From positions 1,120,001-1,184,000 of the forward strand of contig OY970280.1 in assembly GCA_963715865.1 (NCBI GenBank): a stretch of DNA of 64,000 bases, given 5' to 3'. Positions 48,287 through 58,450 of the stretch are shown here, in pieces. The number at the start of each line of letters is the position of its first letter. The stretch's first letter is position 1. The translations under genes were made by a program, and so were the position numbers. This DNA comes from Candidatus Bathyarchaeota archaeon (GTDB lineage Archaea; Thermoproteota; Bathyarchaeia; Bathyarchaeales; Bathycorpusculaceae). Under the pieces are notes generated by a model. It was not told the origin of the DNA and made no database searches. It worked only from the letters and a program-made list of their open reading frames with translations.

Positions 48287-50020
48287 CTATCCGAGTTTTA
48301 CGAATTGTGGAATTAGCTTTGCTGCTATTACTGAAATAAGTACTAGAATGGCTGCATGCTTGAAACCGGCTCCGATAGACTCTTCACTTATTTTTCCGCC
48401 AACAATTCCTATAAGGTAACTGTTGAAGATAACTGCTGTCATGAATATCGTTTGCATCAAGCCTTTGCTCTGGGATGCTGTTTGCGTAACTCCCGCAGTT
48501 GTTGCGCCAAACCCTGTAGTAAAACTCATCATCATAACAGTTGTTGCAACAAGAAGGATCGATGCTAGATACGGCATCATAACGTATGGTCGCACTGACA
48601 TCTTCTTTTCCTTCTCTACATCTTGAGTAAGATTGTTAAAGCTGGCAAGAGATTCAATCATGGCGATGGTGCCGCCGCCCACATCTATGGTTTCAACTAG
48701 GAGAAACATTACTATTTGCACCATCCAACTGCGCGTACGGTGAAGAAAATCCATCATTACCCTTTTGATTGGGATACCCCACGAAATCTCAGAGCTAATT
48801 TTGCGAAGTTCTTTGCTAAAGGTGCCATAGTCACGTTTTGATAGGCTTTCGATGCATTTTTCAGGCGATAAACCTGTTTTTCGTACTTCCGTGAGGTCTC
48901 TGAGAAAACTTGTGACGCCCTGCTCCATGCTGTTCTTGGTTTTTGACAATCTTATATGCACGATGGCTGCTGGCGCAGTAGAAATAAACAAGGCAACAGA
49001 TATTGCTATGGGCAAATCAACACCCCACGCTTGCAAGGTGCTGAAAAAGGGAAGCTGAGTAGCGCCCATGAAGTTTGTTAGCAGTAAGAAGACGATTATG
49101 CCTATTACGCTACAGACGCCGAACACTTTGTAGGGGCGCATTTCCACCATCGGCGTTTTCGGCTGCATGCTGTGAGCTAGATATATGAAGAGCATTGAAA
49201 GCATTGGAGTGAAGAGGAAAGTGTACATGAGTATACCTGAGTAAGAGGATAAGTCGGTGCCGGTAGTAGTGTTGGTTCCAGTCTGGATTTGCTGTACGGC
49301 GAAAAGTATGTAAAAACAAAGAGACATCATCACCATGACAATGATGAATGTTTCAAGTAACATTCCAAGGCGTTCGGCAGCCGCTTTAAAGCGTAAAGCG
49401 CGGGTTTTGAATATGTCTTCAGCTTTCCGCTCAAGGAAGTGCCCGATGTCGCCGCCGATGATTACGGTTGAAGCGTAACCGCCTAAGAAGTCTTTGAACA
49501 TGTCCAGCGGCGTCTTTTTTGCAGCTCCTTCTAGGGCTGACAGCGGGTCAACGCCGAAGACTTCAACGTCCTTCATTATGTCTCTGGCTTCTTTACGCAT
49601 TGCTGGCATGAGGTCTACTTCTGATAGGCGTTTGAAGCTAGTGTATGGCGCTATGCCTCCGGATGCCATGACGCTGATGTATGCTGCTGCAAAAGGCATT
49701 TCGCGCTCCAAGTTTGATGATCTGTCGCTGGCATTTGACATTGGCACAACTAAGAAGCCGCCGACTACAAAAAGCGGAACTGGTACCAAAATAAGCAGGG
49801 GTATAAAATGGAAGAGCAAAACCATCACTATAGCCAGCACTGATACTGGAAGAGTTAGCATAGCAGTGAAGAACATTAGCGAAATGTAGGTGTCAGGGTA
49901 AATTTTTACCCGTCCCTTTTCCAAGGAACCTTTAACGTGGAAGACATTTTTCTGAAAGTATGGCGCTATGCGTCCGAAGAGGCGAAAGGACAGGGCTTCA
50001 AATTTCTCTAGAAACGGCAA
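48287..50020 (-). CDS. Type II secretion system F / TadC-ArlJ-like membrane platform protein
   Basis: Two T2SF-like repeats (LEREMPFAAAYISVMASGG; FLRDLTEVRKTGLSP) with multiple TM helices. Confidence 0.9.
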   Translation of the reverse strand: MPFLEKFEALSFRLFGRIAPYFQKNVFHVKGSLEKGRVKIYPDTYISLMFFTAMLTLPVSVLAIVMVLLFHFIPLLILVPVPLFVVGGFLVVPMSNASDRSSNLEREMPFAAAYISVMASGGIAPYTSFKRLSEVDLMPAMRKEARDIMKDVEVFGVDPLSALEGAAKKTPLDMFKDFLGGYASTVIIGGDIGHFLERKAEDIFKTRALRFKAAAERLGMLLETFIIVMVMMSLCFYILFAVQQIQTGTNTTTGTDLSSYSGILMYTFLFTPMLSMLFIYLAHSMQPKTPMVEMRPYKVFGVCSVIGIIVFLLLTNFMGATQLPFFSTLQAWGVDLPIAISVALFISTAPAAIVHIRLSKTKNSMEQGVTSFLRDLTEVRKTGLSPEKCIESLSKRDYGTFSKELRKISSEISWGIPIKRVMMDFLHRTRSWMVQIVMFLLVETIDVGGGTIAMIESLASFNNLTQDVEKEKKMSVRPYVMMPYLASILLVATTVMMMSFTTGFGATTAGVTQTASQSKGLMQTIFMTAVIFNSYLIGIVGGKISEESIGAGFKHAAILVLISVIAAKLIPQFVKLG

Positions 50021-51725
50021 CTGGCTTTACCTCCTCACCTGCAAGGATTTTTTGATAGAATTCTTTTGGCCTTGCGTAGTATTCTGCGATTATTGAGGCT
50101 ACTTCTTTGTAGCTTCTGATTTTTTGTTCTCGCATCCAGTGCAGGACGTCGCTGCGTCTTTTCATTTCGTCAAGTAAATCCTGTGTGGTTATGCCTAACC
50201 GTTTAGAAAATGATGATAACAATGCGCTGTTGTCGACGGCAATTATTTGCTCATCTTTGAGTGGATCCCATCGGAAAGGATTTAAATAGTTTTCATAGCC
50301 AACGATTTCGTTAACGGAAAGTATGCGCCTGTAAGCTTTCTTTACGCCGTTCTTAACTAAATGGACGCGCTGCACGGATATGACGAGATTCATTAATGGA
50401 ATATATGCTGGAGAAATTTCCATGGGTTTCTGGGTTAACCGTTTTACGGCTGAATCCAAGTTTTCAGCGTGCATGGTGCACATGCCACCGTGACCAGTGG
50501 CTAAGGCCTGGAAGAGAACGTATGCTTCTTGACCTCGCACCTCGCCTACAATTAACATGTCAGGGCGGTGACGCATGGAAGTTTTTACTAGGTCAAAGAG
50601 GGCTACCTCGCCAACGCTGTTTCCGCCTAAACCGTAACTTTGCCTTGCGATAAGTGAAACCCAATTTTCATGGGACAAGTTTAGCTCTGCGGTTTCTTCT
50701 ATAGTGATGATTTTGTTGCCTGGCTTGATGAGGCATCCTAATGCGTTTAGTGCAGTTGTTTTACCTGCGGCTGTTCCACCGAGAATCATGATGGAAGCAC
50801 GATTTTCTAGGCAAATCCATAAGTAAGCAGCCATTTCTTCCGTGAATGTGCCTGTGTTGATTAAATCTATTATTGAGTAGGGGTCATCTCTGAATTTTCT
50901 GATTGTGAATGCTGTTCCGAAAGGCGTGATTTCTCGCCTGTAACATACGGCTAACCTGTGTTTTCCCGGAAGGGAAGCGTCAACTATTGGGAAGGCAGAA
51001 CTGACGTGTTTTCCAGCCATGTGAACAAGTTTAACGACCATGTTATCGAGGATTTCGTCGTTTTCAAATTGCACATTGGTTTCTATGCTTTCGAAGGTTC
51101 GATGCCAAATGTAAACTGACTTGTTTACTCCGTCGCATGAAATGTCTTCTATGTTTGGGTCGCGCATTAATGAATCGATTTTGCCAAAGCCGACAAGGTC
51201 ACGTTCTGCGTGGTAGAGGATTTTGTACCATGAAACATCGGGTAACCAGCCTAAGCTGATTCGGTATTTGTCTACTATTTTTTTGGCTTCTTGGGCGAAG
51301 AATTTTCTTGGGTCTGTTATTTCTTCTTTTGGTGATTCTATTTCTGCCAGCAAGATTTCAAGGATGTGATTGTATATTCCTCGTTCCAGTGGGTCAAGTT
51401 GAAGTTCGTCTAGTATGTATTTGTATTCGCCTGTTTTGGGGTCTTGAACTATTGCAACTTGGGAAAATGGCTCGTATAAGGGGTATTTTTCAACTATTTT
51501 AATTCCTTTTGGTAAGGATTTGGATGCTAAGGGAATTGCTGGTTCAGGCGTTTTCTTTTTAAAACTTAGGTTGATTTTTGGCAATTTTATAGAGACACCT
51601 TTTTTGCCTGAGCTTTTTTTGCTTTTTGTTGGTGTTTTGAAGCGTGATTTGATTGCGTTCCCAGCTAGGCGTAGCTTGGCAATAGATTCTTTGAGCGATT
51701 GCTTGAAGCGAGGTAGCTTTGGCAT
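49998..51725 (-). CDS. Type II/IV secretion system ATPase (VirB11/ArlI-like)
   Basis: IEDISCDG, TIRKF, Walker A GGTAAGKTT, RHRPDMLIVGEVRGQEA and TMHA motifs. Confidence 0.93.
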   Translation of the reverse strand: MPKLPRFKQSLKESIAKLRLAGNAIKSRFKTPTKSKKSSGKKGVSIKLPKINLSFKKKTPEPAIPLASKSLPKGIKIVEKYPLYEPFSQVAIVQDPKTGEYKYILDELQLDPLERGIYNHILEILLAEIESPKEEITDPRKFFAQEAKKIVDKYRISLGWLPDVSWYKILYHAERDLVGFGKIDSLMRDPNIEDISCDGVNKSVYIWHRTFESIETNVQFENDEILDNMVVKLVHMAGKHVSSAFPIVDASLPGKHRLAVCYRREITPFGTAFTIRKFRDDPYSIIDLINTGTFTEEMAAYLWICLENRASIMILGGTAAGKTTALNALGCLIKPGNKIITIEETAELNLSHENWVSLIARQSYGLGGNSVGEVALFDLVKTSMRHRPDMLIVGEVRGQEAYVLFQALATGHGGMCTMHAENLDSAVKRLTQKPMEISPAYIPLMNLVISVQRVHLVKNGVKKAYRRILSVNEIVGYENYLNPFRWDPLKDEQIIAVDNSALLSSFSKRLGITTQDLLDEMKRRSDVLHWMREQKIRSYKEVASIIAEYYARPKEFYQKILAGEEVKPVAVSREI

Positions 51726-51916
51726 TGTTGGTCAGTTTAGGTATTTGCGTTGAACGCTTATTAAATATTACGTCTCACTATACGATAATGCTGAAGTGTT
51801 GAACAACACTACAACAAGCAAGCAACAAACATACGCCAAAAACCGTTGGCTCATCAAAACAATTTTAAACCAATAAACCATGTCATACTCAAACACGTTA
51901 ATGGAAGTATTGTAAC

Positions 51917-52612
51917 TTGAACCAAACCTCAAAAATCATCAGCCAAGCCAAAAAAGAAGGCAGAAAAGCCCTTCTGGAAACCGAAGCCAAAACCATCTGC
52001 ATGGAATACGGCATTCCAGTCACCAAATTCAAATTAGCATTAAACGAGAAAGAAACGGCAAAACACGCCGATGAAATCGGGTACCCCGTTGTTCTAAAGA
52101 TTGTTTCGCCAGACATAATCCACAAATCAGACGCGGGAGGCGTCATGGTTAACCTGAAAAACCCAGCCGAAGTCACCAACGCCTACAAAAAAATCATAGA
52201 AAACGTAAAAAAATACAATGCAAAAGCAAAAATCGTCGGCGTTTTAGTGCAGGAAATGGCGCCTCAATCAACCGAAGTCATCGTGGGAGCAATCAAAGAC
52301 CCCCAGTTTGGGCAGACAATCATGTTCGGGTTAGGCGGAATATTTGTTGAAATCCTCAAAGACGTAAACTTCAGAATTGCACCCTTAACCCTAGACGATG
52401 CAAAGGAAATGATTACAGAGCTTAAAGCCTATCCTCTTCTGAAGGGTTACAGAAACACGCCGCCCGCAGACATCGATGCCATAGTAAACATATTATGCAA
52501 CACTTCACGCCTTGTAATGGATAATCCAGAAATCAAGGAACTAGACCTGAATCCAGTAATGGCTTACCAGAAAGGCGCAAAAACAGTCGACGCAAGAATA
52601 ATACTCGAATAA
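51917..52612 (+). CDS. acdB: Acetate--CoA ligase (ADP-forming) beta subunit, ATP-grasp
   Basis: YPVVLKIVSPDIIHKSDAGGV, VQEM, DPQFG..IMFGLGG and ELDLNP motifs. Confidence 0.9.
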   Translation: MNQTSKIISQAKKEGRKALLETEAKTICMEYGIPVTKFKLALNEKETAKHADEIGYPVVLKIVSPDIIHKSDAGGVMVNLKNPAEVTNAYKKIIENVKKYNAKAKIVGVLVQEMAPQSTEVIVGAIKDPQFGQTIMFGLGGIFVEILKDVNFRIAPLTLDDAKEMITELKAYPLLKGYRNTPPADIDAIVNILCNTSRLVMDNPEIKELDLNPVMAYQKGAKTVDARIILE

Positions 52613-52724
52613 TCAGTATCCTCTCTCTTTTATATTGCAAAAAGTCAACAAAATACGTCTCGTTATTATAAGCAAAATGCATAACTTTAATAATTTTGCT
52701 CTCTTTCTCTCGAAATGATAAAAA

Positions 52725-53828
52725 ATGAGCGAAACTCCCCAATCTGATGCCAATTTAAACTTAAACATTAATAAAATAGTCAACGATGCCTTAAGAGTCT
52801 TCTTCAAAGATGCCGTGAGAATTGCCCTCACCAGCCCATCTCAGTCGGTTTTCTTTTTGCGAACGCTCAGGTGGCAAAATAAAGCAGCTAAAACAAGGCA
52901 GAAGCTGGAAGGCGAAGGGCTACATGTTCCACCAGTCTTAGTTATAAGCGTAACCAGCAAATGTAACCTGCATTGTGAAGGCTGCTACCATCAAGCATTA
53001 AGAAGCAAATCTGATGCTGAAATGAGTGATGAACGCATCGAAAAATTAGTGGATGAGGCAAGGGAACTCGGCATTTCTTTTATTGTGCTTGCAGGCGGAG
53101 AACCCCTCATGCGCGCAAACATACTGGACATCTCTAAGAAAACCCCAGAGATAATGTTTATGATGTTCACAAACGGATTACTGCTCAACGACCAAGTGCT
53201 CGAGCAAATAGCCGCAAACAAAAACATCGTTCCACTACTAAGCCTTGAAGGTTACGAAATTGATACTGACGGCAGACGCGGCACAGGAGTATATAACCAA
53301 CTGCTCAAATCGATAAGCAAGCTAAAAAACAAAGGCTTATTCTGGGGAGCATCCCTGACCATGACAAGAACTAACTTTGAAGAAGTAACCGATGAAGCCT
53401 TCATCAAGCAACTCGTGGATTCAGGATGCAAACTCTTCATGCTTGTCGAGTACACGCCGGTAATTGCTGGAACCGAAGATTGGGTCCTCACGGAAGAACA
53501 AAAATCAAAAGTAATACCCACCCGAAACAGCTTCCGCAAAAAATTTCCAGCTATGTTCATCGCTTTGCCTTGGGATGAAGACGAAATAGGCGGATGCCTC
53601 TCAGCTGGACGCGGCTTCGTACATGTTAGCGCGGAAGGAAACGTTGAACCATGCCCATTCATCGCTTACTCAGACACTAACCTAAAAAACATGCCACTTA
53701 AGGAAGCGTTGCAGTCAAAAATGCTCAAAACCATACGGGAAAACCATGCGGAACTGAAAGAAATACAGGGCTGTGCTCTTTGGGAAAAACGCGAATGGGT
53801 TCAATCACTCGCCACAAACAAGCAGTAA
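52725..53828 (+). CDS. Radical SAM/SPASM-twitch domain protein
   Basis: CNLHCEGC, GGEP, FTNG and CLSAGRGFVHVSAEGNVEPCPF motifs. Confidence 0.9.
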   Translation: MSETPQSDANLNLNINKIVNDALRVFFKDAVRIALTSPSQSVFFLRTLRWQNKAAKTRQKLEGEGLHVPPVLVISVTSKCNLHCEGCYHQALRSKSDAEMSDERIEKLVDEARELGISFIVLAGGEPLMRANILDISKKTPEIMFMMFTNGLLLNDQVLEQIAANKNIVPLLSLEGYEIDTDGRRGTGVYNQLLKSISKLKNKGLFWGASLTMTRTNFEEVTDEAFIKQLVDSGCKLFMLVEYTPVIAGTEDWVLTEEQKSKVIPTRNSFRKKFPAMFIALPWDEDEIGGCLSAGRGFVHVSAEGNVEPCPFIAYSDTNLKNMPLKEALQSKMLKTIRENHAELKEIQGCALWEKREWVQSLATNKQ

Positions 53829-53870
53829 AATACCGACAAAAAATGAAAAGTAGCTGTTGATGCCTATCGC

Positions 53871-54092
53871 TTAGTTTTGCCTGATGTGAGCTCTGCGATT
53901 AACTGACTTGCGGGTTCGTATGTTATGTCTAAAGCTCAAGTTATACCGCCTAGTCCTTATAGTTTCTGAAAAGAAGAACAATAGTTCATCATCATCAACA
54001 ACAAGCACATATTGTGTACTGCCCCTTAGACTTGTGATTTCTATGGAAACGCTAGTATCATCAACATCATCAACAACAATTTGAAGAAGCAA
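53871..54092 (-). CDS. Possible small hypothetical protein
   Basis: 73-aa ORF with repeated VVDD motifs; support is weak. Confidence 0.3.
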   Translation of the reverse strand: MLLQIVVDDVDDTSVSIEITSLRGSTQYVLVVDDDELLFFFSETIRTRRYNLSFRHNIRTRKSVNRRAHIRQN

Positions 54093-54765
54093 CCGCTAAG
54101 TTGTTGGGGAAAAGAAAAACATCTAAAGCTTAACACGTACATAATTTTTACATGACAGCTTAGACGCGCTTAGCTTGCTCTTTACCTTAAGAGGGGATGT
54201 GTGTGCGCAAGCCGCTTCCTTGGTCAAGCTTTGAAGCTGTTAGATGCGCCTCTGAAGACCTATAGACGTTAGTTCGTTGCCGAAAACGCATTGTTCAAAC
54301 AATACACCTGCCTGATTAATGCTTGCTCTCTACTTGTAAAGTAGGTTGTTTTTATGAGTCCCCGGCATAGATTACCAAACTAGAGTTTACCTGAACCTCG
54401 CCGAATAAGTGAGCAACCAAACCCAACGCCCCACCTCGTTAAATCAACAAAATAAGCGGTTTTTTGGTCTCTGTGTGCGCAACAACCTACCCCCGGTCTA
54501 CTAGATGCTTCTAATAGGCTCCAAATATGATTCAACATAGTGTGCATAGAATTGAGGGCGCGCACTTTGCATGTAGAATTGCGTGCAAATTTGTTAACTT
54601 AACATCCTTGCCTATAAAATTGGGTCAGCGATGATTGACGATTGCTCACAGCTTAGGGCTCGAAGCCGTCGCCTCATATCATCCCAGTACCTAATTGGGT
54701 TTTGGGAGATTTATTTATTTTGATATTCAAAAATCAAAATGGTACTAAACCACTAAAAAAGCATT

Positions 54766-54918
54766 ATGAAATTTGATGGCTTTCCGGGGGAAAAGACAAT
54801 CTTATCCTTCAAGCTGGCAAATGGTGTAGTCTGGTTAACCACTCACCGCCTCATCATCCAACAAGAGACGCATAACCCGCGCTTTAACATCGCGCACGCT
54901 GGCTTGTCCCGAAAATGA
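54766..54918 (+). pseudogene. Short ORF resembling the N-terminus of a PH-like domain (truncated)
   Basis: MKFDGFPGEKTILSFKLANGVVWLTTHRLIIQQETHNPRFNIAHAGLSRK*; the 'GEK...G.VWLT.HRLII' pattern is PH-fold-like. Confidence 0.4.
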
Positions 54919-55069
54919 GTTAATGTTTACTGTTTTTGGACCTGTTAATCGTGGTATAACTTTATGTTCCCTTAAATTTTGCTTGAGTAAGGTCAAATCA
55001 CGAGTTAACTGGGAAAGAAATTGGAACTAACCTTGGAAAATGTTTACTAAAGGGGCTTACTCTCTCCCT

Positions 55070-55085
55070 CAATATTGCAATATTG
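55070..55085. promoter_or_regulatory. Perfect 16-bp palindrome upstream of the collagen-like gene
   Basis: CAATATTGCAATATTG, ending 27 nt before ATG 55112. Confidence 0.5.
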
Positions 55086-55111
55086 ATAATTAAAAGGATG
55101 GAGGTGAACAA

Positions 55112-55729
55112 ATGAAAATGAAAACTGCCATTCCAATAGCAATCATGGTAACTCTACTTCTATGTCTCGCAGCCATGGCTAACGTATCTGCGACTCCAAC
55201 ACTTACGGCAGCTCCAAGCAACAGCAACATATTCCAAATTGCTGGAGCAGGATTCACAGCTAATGAAATCGTAAACCTGACACTGTACAATGGAACTGCA
55301 ATCGTATTTAACTTCAACAATCTCACAGCGGATTCTACCGGCTCAATCAATGGAATAGAAATAATCCCAACAAGCATAGCGGGAGCGAACTACAACATTA
55401 CTGCAATAGGGTTAACAAGCAATGTTGCTGCTACAGTCGTAAACTACGCAGTACCCAACCTCATCGGAGCTACAGGTGCTACTGGAGCAAAAGGAGCAAC
55501 AGGAGCAACTGGTGCAACAGGACAAACAGGAGCAACAGGACAAACAGGAGCCACAGGAGCAACTGGTGCAACAGGAGCAACTGGACAAGCAACTAACATG
55601 ACTACCTCTTACATTGCCCTATTTCTTAGCTTCATAGCTATTGTCATAGCTGTCATCACAGCTGTCATCACAGTGATAAAAAGAAAAGCGCGCGCGCCCC
55701 CACCCCCACCCCCACCACCAATGCCCTAA
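55112..55729 (+). CDS. Collagen-like (Gly-X-Thr) membrane-anchored surface protein
   Basis: Signal peptide, Ig-like segment, 14 G-X-Y triplets (GAT/GQT/GAK), TM helix, cytoplasmic KRK plus poly-Pro tail. Confidence 0.85.
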   Translation: MKMKTAIPIAIMVTLLLCLAAMANVSATPTLTAAPSNSNIFQIAGAGFTANEIVNLTLYNGTAIVFNFNNLTADSTGSINGIEIIPTSIAGANYNITAIGLTSNVAATVVNYAVPNLIGATGATGAKGATGATGATGQTGATGQTGATGATGATGATGQATNMTTSYIALFLSFIAIVIAVITAVITVIKRKARAPPPPPPPPMP

Positions 55730-56065
55730 CAGCTTCCAAATCCATTCCTTTTTCTTTTCACATCACATTCCAGTTTTCAAGAAGCTCTAATAATTAGGCG
55801 AATTCATATGCCAGAAATGCGATTGCAATTGAGAGCATACTTAGGGATCTCACAGAATCCAAGTATCGACGAAGTTTTGACCAATACGGCCCACCCGCGC
55901 CCTAACATCATGGAGAGACAAGACACCGAAATGCACCTTTTACGCGATTTTGAGAAAGCCGAAATAAAAGGATGAAAAGAAGCTTCCTTTCAGCTAGTTT
56001 TTTAAACCTTAGGAGGTTGGTTAACTTTGAGGCTGCCAAAACAGAAGCATAGGAGATAAAAAAAA

Positions 56066-57337
56066 TTATTGTTTTTTGGTTAATTCTTCAAGAATCTCTT
56101 TGGCTCTGTCCACTCGGACTTTTCGTTCCTTAACCATTCGTTCAGCCACCAAATCAACCAGTTCATCCTTTGCGCCCGCGGTAATTGCTATGTTTCTTGC
56201 ATGCAAGGACATGTGACCACGCTGAATTCCCTCATTCGCCAACGCTCGCAAGGCGCCGAGGTTTTGGGCTAAGCCGACAGCTGCTAAAACTTCGGCAAAC
56301 TCGTTGGCTGATTTGACGTTTAAGATTTTCATGGCAATCCTAGCTATAGGGTGAGTTTTCACTGCGCCACCGATTAAGCCTACAGCCATGGGTAGCTCGA
56401 TTGAGCCTTCTAAGTCGCCGTTCGCATTTTTGGTCCATTTAGATATGGAAGTGTATGGTCCTTTTAACGCAGCGTAAGCGTGAGCTCCAGCCTCAATAGC
56501 ACGATGGTCATTGCCAGTAGCTAAGATAACCGCGATAATCCCGTTCAAAGAGCCTTTATTGTGTGTGGCAGCACGGTAAGGGTCAGCAGCCGCAAAAGCC
56601 GACGCGTAAGCAATGCCGTCCACGACTGCTTCACCGCCCAGTGATTCCTTGGGCACGGTACACCATGCTTTCGCCAATCGTTTAGTCGCTAAGTTAGAGA
56701 TAATTCGCAGGTAAACATGACCGCCCGTAAGCTGCTCAATTAGCGGAGCCACTGCTTCAGCCATAGTGTTAACTGCGTTCGCGCCCATGGCATCTCGGCA
56801 ATCAACGTACAACTCCACAATCAACATTTGCCCCAATGATGTGTCGATGATTTTGGCGTCCATGTCTTTTGCTCCGCCGCCAAAAGAGTTTAGAACTGGG
56901 TCTTGGTCATTCGCCTTCTTGAGAATATCCGCTTTAGCATCTAAGACCTGCTTTTTAGCAATTTTAGCGTCTTTGATGCCGACGACTTGGATTTGCCCAA
57001 TCATAATTGGCGCAGTACTGCTGGTGTGGAACCCGCCACCGTCACGAACCATTTTAGCCGCATAACTGGCAGCCGCAATCACGCTTGGCTCCTCCGTAGC
57101 CATCGGAATCAAATAGTCTTTACCGTTAACTTTGAAGTTAACTGCAACGCCTAATGGTTCAGGGAAAACGCCGATAACGTTTTCCACCATGTGGTCAGCC
57201 ACGTCAATGGGCAAAGAGCCGGTGTTCTCGAGTAAACGAGTTTCCTCGTCGGTTAAGCCTGCAAAATCTTTAACAATTGCTAACCGCTCTTTCGGCGAAA
57301 GCTTATAGAAGCCTGAAATAACAGATGATTTGCTCAT
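56066..57337 (-). CDS. mvaA: Hydroxymethylglutaryl-CoA reductase, class II
   Basis: ENVIG, PMATEEPSVIAAAS, DAMGANAVN, THNKG and GHMSLH motifs of class II HMGR. Confidence 0.93.
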   Translation of the reverse strand: MSKSSVISGFYKLSPKERLAIVKDFAGLTDEETRLLENTGSLPIDVADHMVENVIGVFPEPLGVAVNFKVNGKDYLIPMATEEPSVIAAASYAAKMVRDGGGFHTSSTAPIMIGQIQVVGIKDAKIAKKQVLDAKADILKKANDQDPVLNSFGGGAKDMDAKIIDTSLGQMLIVELYVDCRDAMGANAVNTMAEAVAPLIEQLTGGHVYLRIISNLATKRLAKAWCTVPKESLGGEAVVDGIAYASAFAAADPYRAATHNKGSLNGIIAVILATGNDHRAIEAGAHAYAALKGPYTSISKWTKNANGDLEGSIELPMAVGLIGGAVKTHPIARIAMKILNVKSANEFAEVLAAVGLAQNLGALRALANEGIQRGHMSLHARNIAITAGAKDELVDLVAERMVKERKVRVDRAKEILEELTKKQ

Positions 57338-57427
57338 TCTTTCATTCCTTTGCTATCTTGTAAGTTGAAAGAGTAGTTTGATTTTTCGCTTTTAAGCTTT
57401 AACTAACCTTAGCCGAAAATCTAATGC

Positions 57428-58447
57428 TTACAGTGTAGTTTGACCTGGAGTTCTTGGCATGGCAACAGCGGAAACACCTAAACGCTTGCGGATTTCTTTA
57501 GCCAAAACTGCACCGTGGCTTACTCGGTAATTATCAGTGATAACCTGTTTTGCCCTTGAACGCTTCACGTATTCGATTAAACCGTCGAAATCCGAATGGT
57601 CACTTAACGCAACTAAATGTTCCCTATCACCAATCTGCCTGCAAGGCGAATGAAACTCCCAACCGCTAACGCAGATGCGCGAATTTTTCAAGCCGACATA
57701 CTGACGAGAATTCATGTGATAAAACGCCACGCATGGAAGGTTACCATCCAAAAGTTCATGCCCTTCCTTTTCAGTGGAAAGCGACAGGCAACCCAGCCGC
57801 ATACCATGCTGCTCGCAAACTTTAGTAACCTGATAAACTCTTTCAGGCATAACAAACGGCACGGACACATCTGCATTTCTTAGAAGTTGCATGATTTCTT
57901 GCAGTTTGCCATGGTAACCAAAAACGTAGACAGCGCCGCCGCGCAAGCGTTTCTCAATCATAGAAACCAAAAGCTCACGTACATCCACACCAAAGGAACG
58001 CCTGCATGATGGACTTCCATATGTTGCCTCAACAACCAAAACGTCACATTCTATAACTGGTGTGTCGTCAATCCTGAAGTCGCCAGTATAAGCAATCCGT
58101 ATTCCGCCAGCATCCTCAACCAGCACCTGCGCCGCACCCAAAATATGATCCGCCTTAACAAGCGTGACCTGTTCGTCACCGTACCTGATGGCTTTGCCAT
58201 ACGCGATAGTTTCTATTGGAGAATCCCTAAGTTTAAGCGAATCATTGAGTGCCTCTGCAATGTCTCTTGTAGCTTCAGTCATCAAAACCTTCTCACAGCA
58301 CCTCAAGCTTTTTCGTAAGCCGCCAAGATGGTCTGCGTGCGCATGAGTTACAATCCGCAAAGGCATAGACTCATCAAAAGCGTCACAGGCAACGCTGTCA
58401 CCTAACAGAACTGCGCCATTTTTAGTTACTTGAGCCCGTGCAGACAA
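57428..58447 (-). CDS. MBL-fold metallo-hydrolase (putative exonuclease, SNM1-like)
   Basis: THAHADHLGGL, ADHILGAAQ, YTGDFR, EATYG and LSDHSDF motifs. Confidence 0.85.
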   Translation of the reverse strand: MSARAQVTKNGAVLLGDSVACDAFDESMPLRIVTHAHADHLGGLRKSLRCCEKVLMTEATRDIAEALNDSLKLRDSPIETIAYGKAIRYGDEQVTLVKADHILGAAQVLVEDAGGIRIAYTGDFRIDDTPVIECDVLVVEATYGSPSCRRSFGVDVRELLVSMIEKRLRGGAVYVFGYHGKLQEIMQLLRNADVSVPFVMPERVYQVTKVCEQHGMRLGCLSLSTEKEGHELLDGNLPCVAFYHMNSRQYVGLKNSRICVSGWEFHSPCRQIGDREHLVALSDHSDFDGLIEYVKRSRAKQVITDNYRVSHGAVLAKEIRKRLGVSAVAMPRTPGQTTL

Positions 58448-58450
58448 TCT

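Noticed and set aside
39631-51725. Archaellum (flagellar) operon
   Set aside because: There are no archaellin, ArlH (KaiC-like), ArlF/G or chemotaxis genes. The subunits look like T4P pilins and adhesins.
54200-54482. 11-bp direct repeat TGTGTGCGCAA as a target-site duplication
   Set aside because: No inverted repeats lie inside it, and a match this short can arise by chance.
55808-55975. 55-aa ORF MPEMRLQ...
   Set aside because: No SD, no motif and no family resemblance; cannot be supported.
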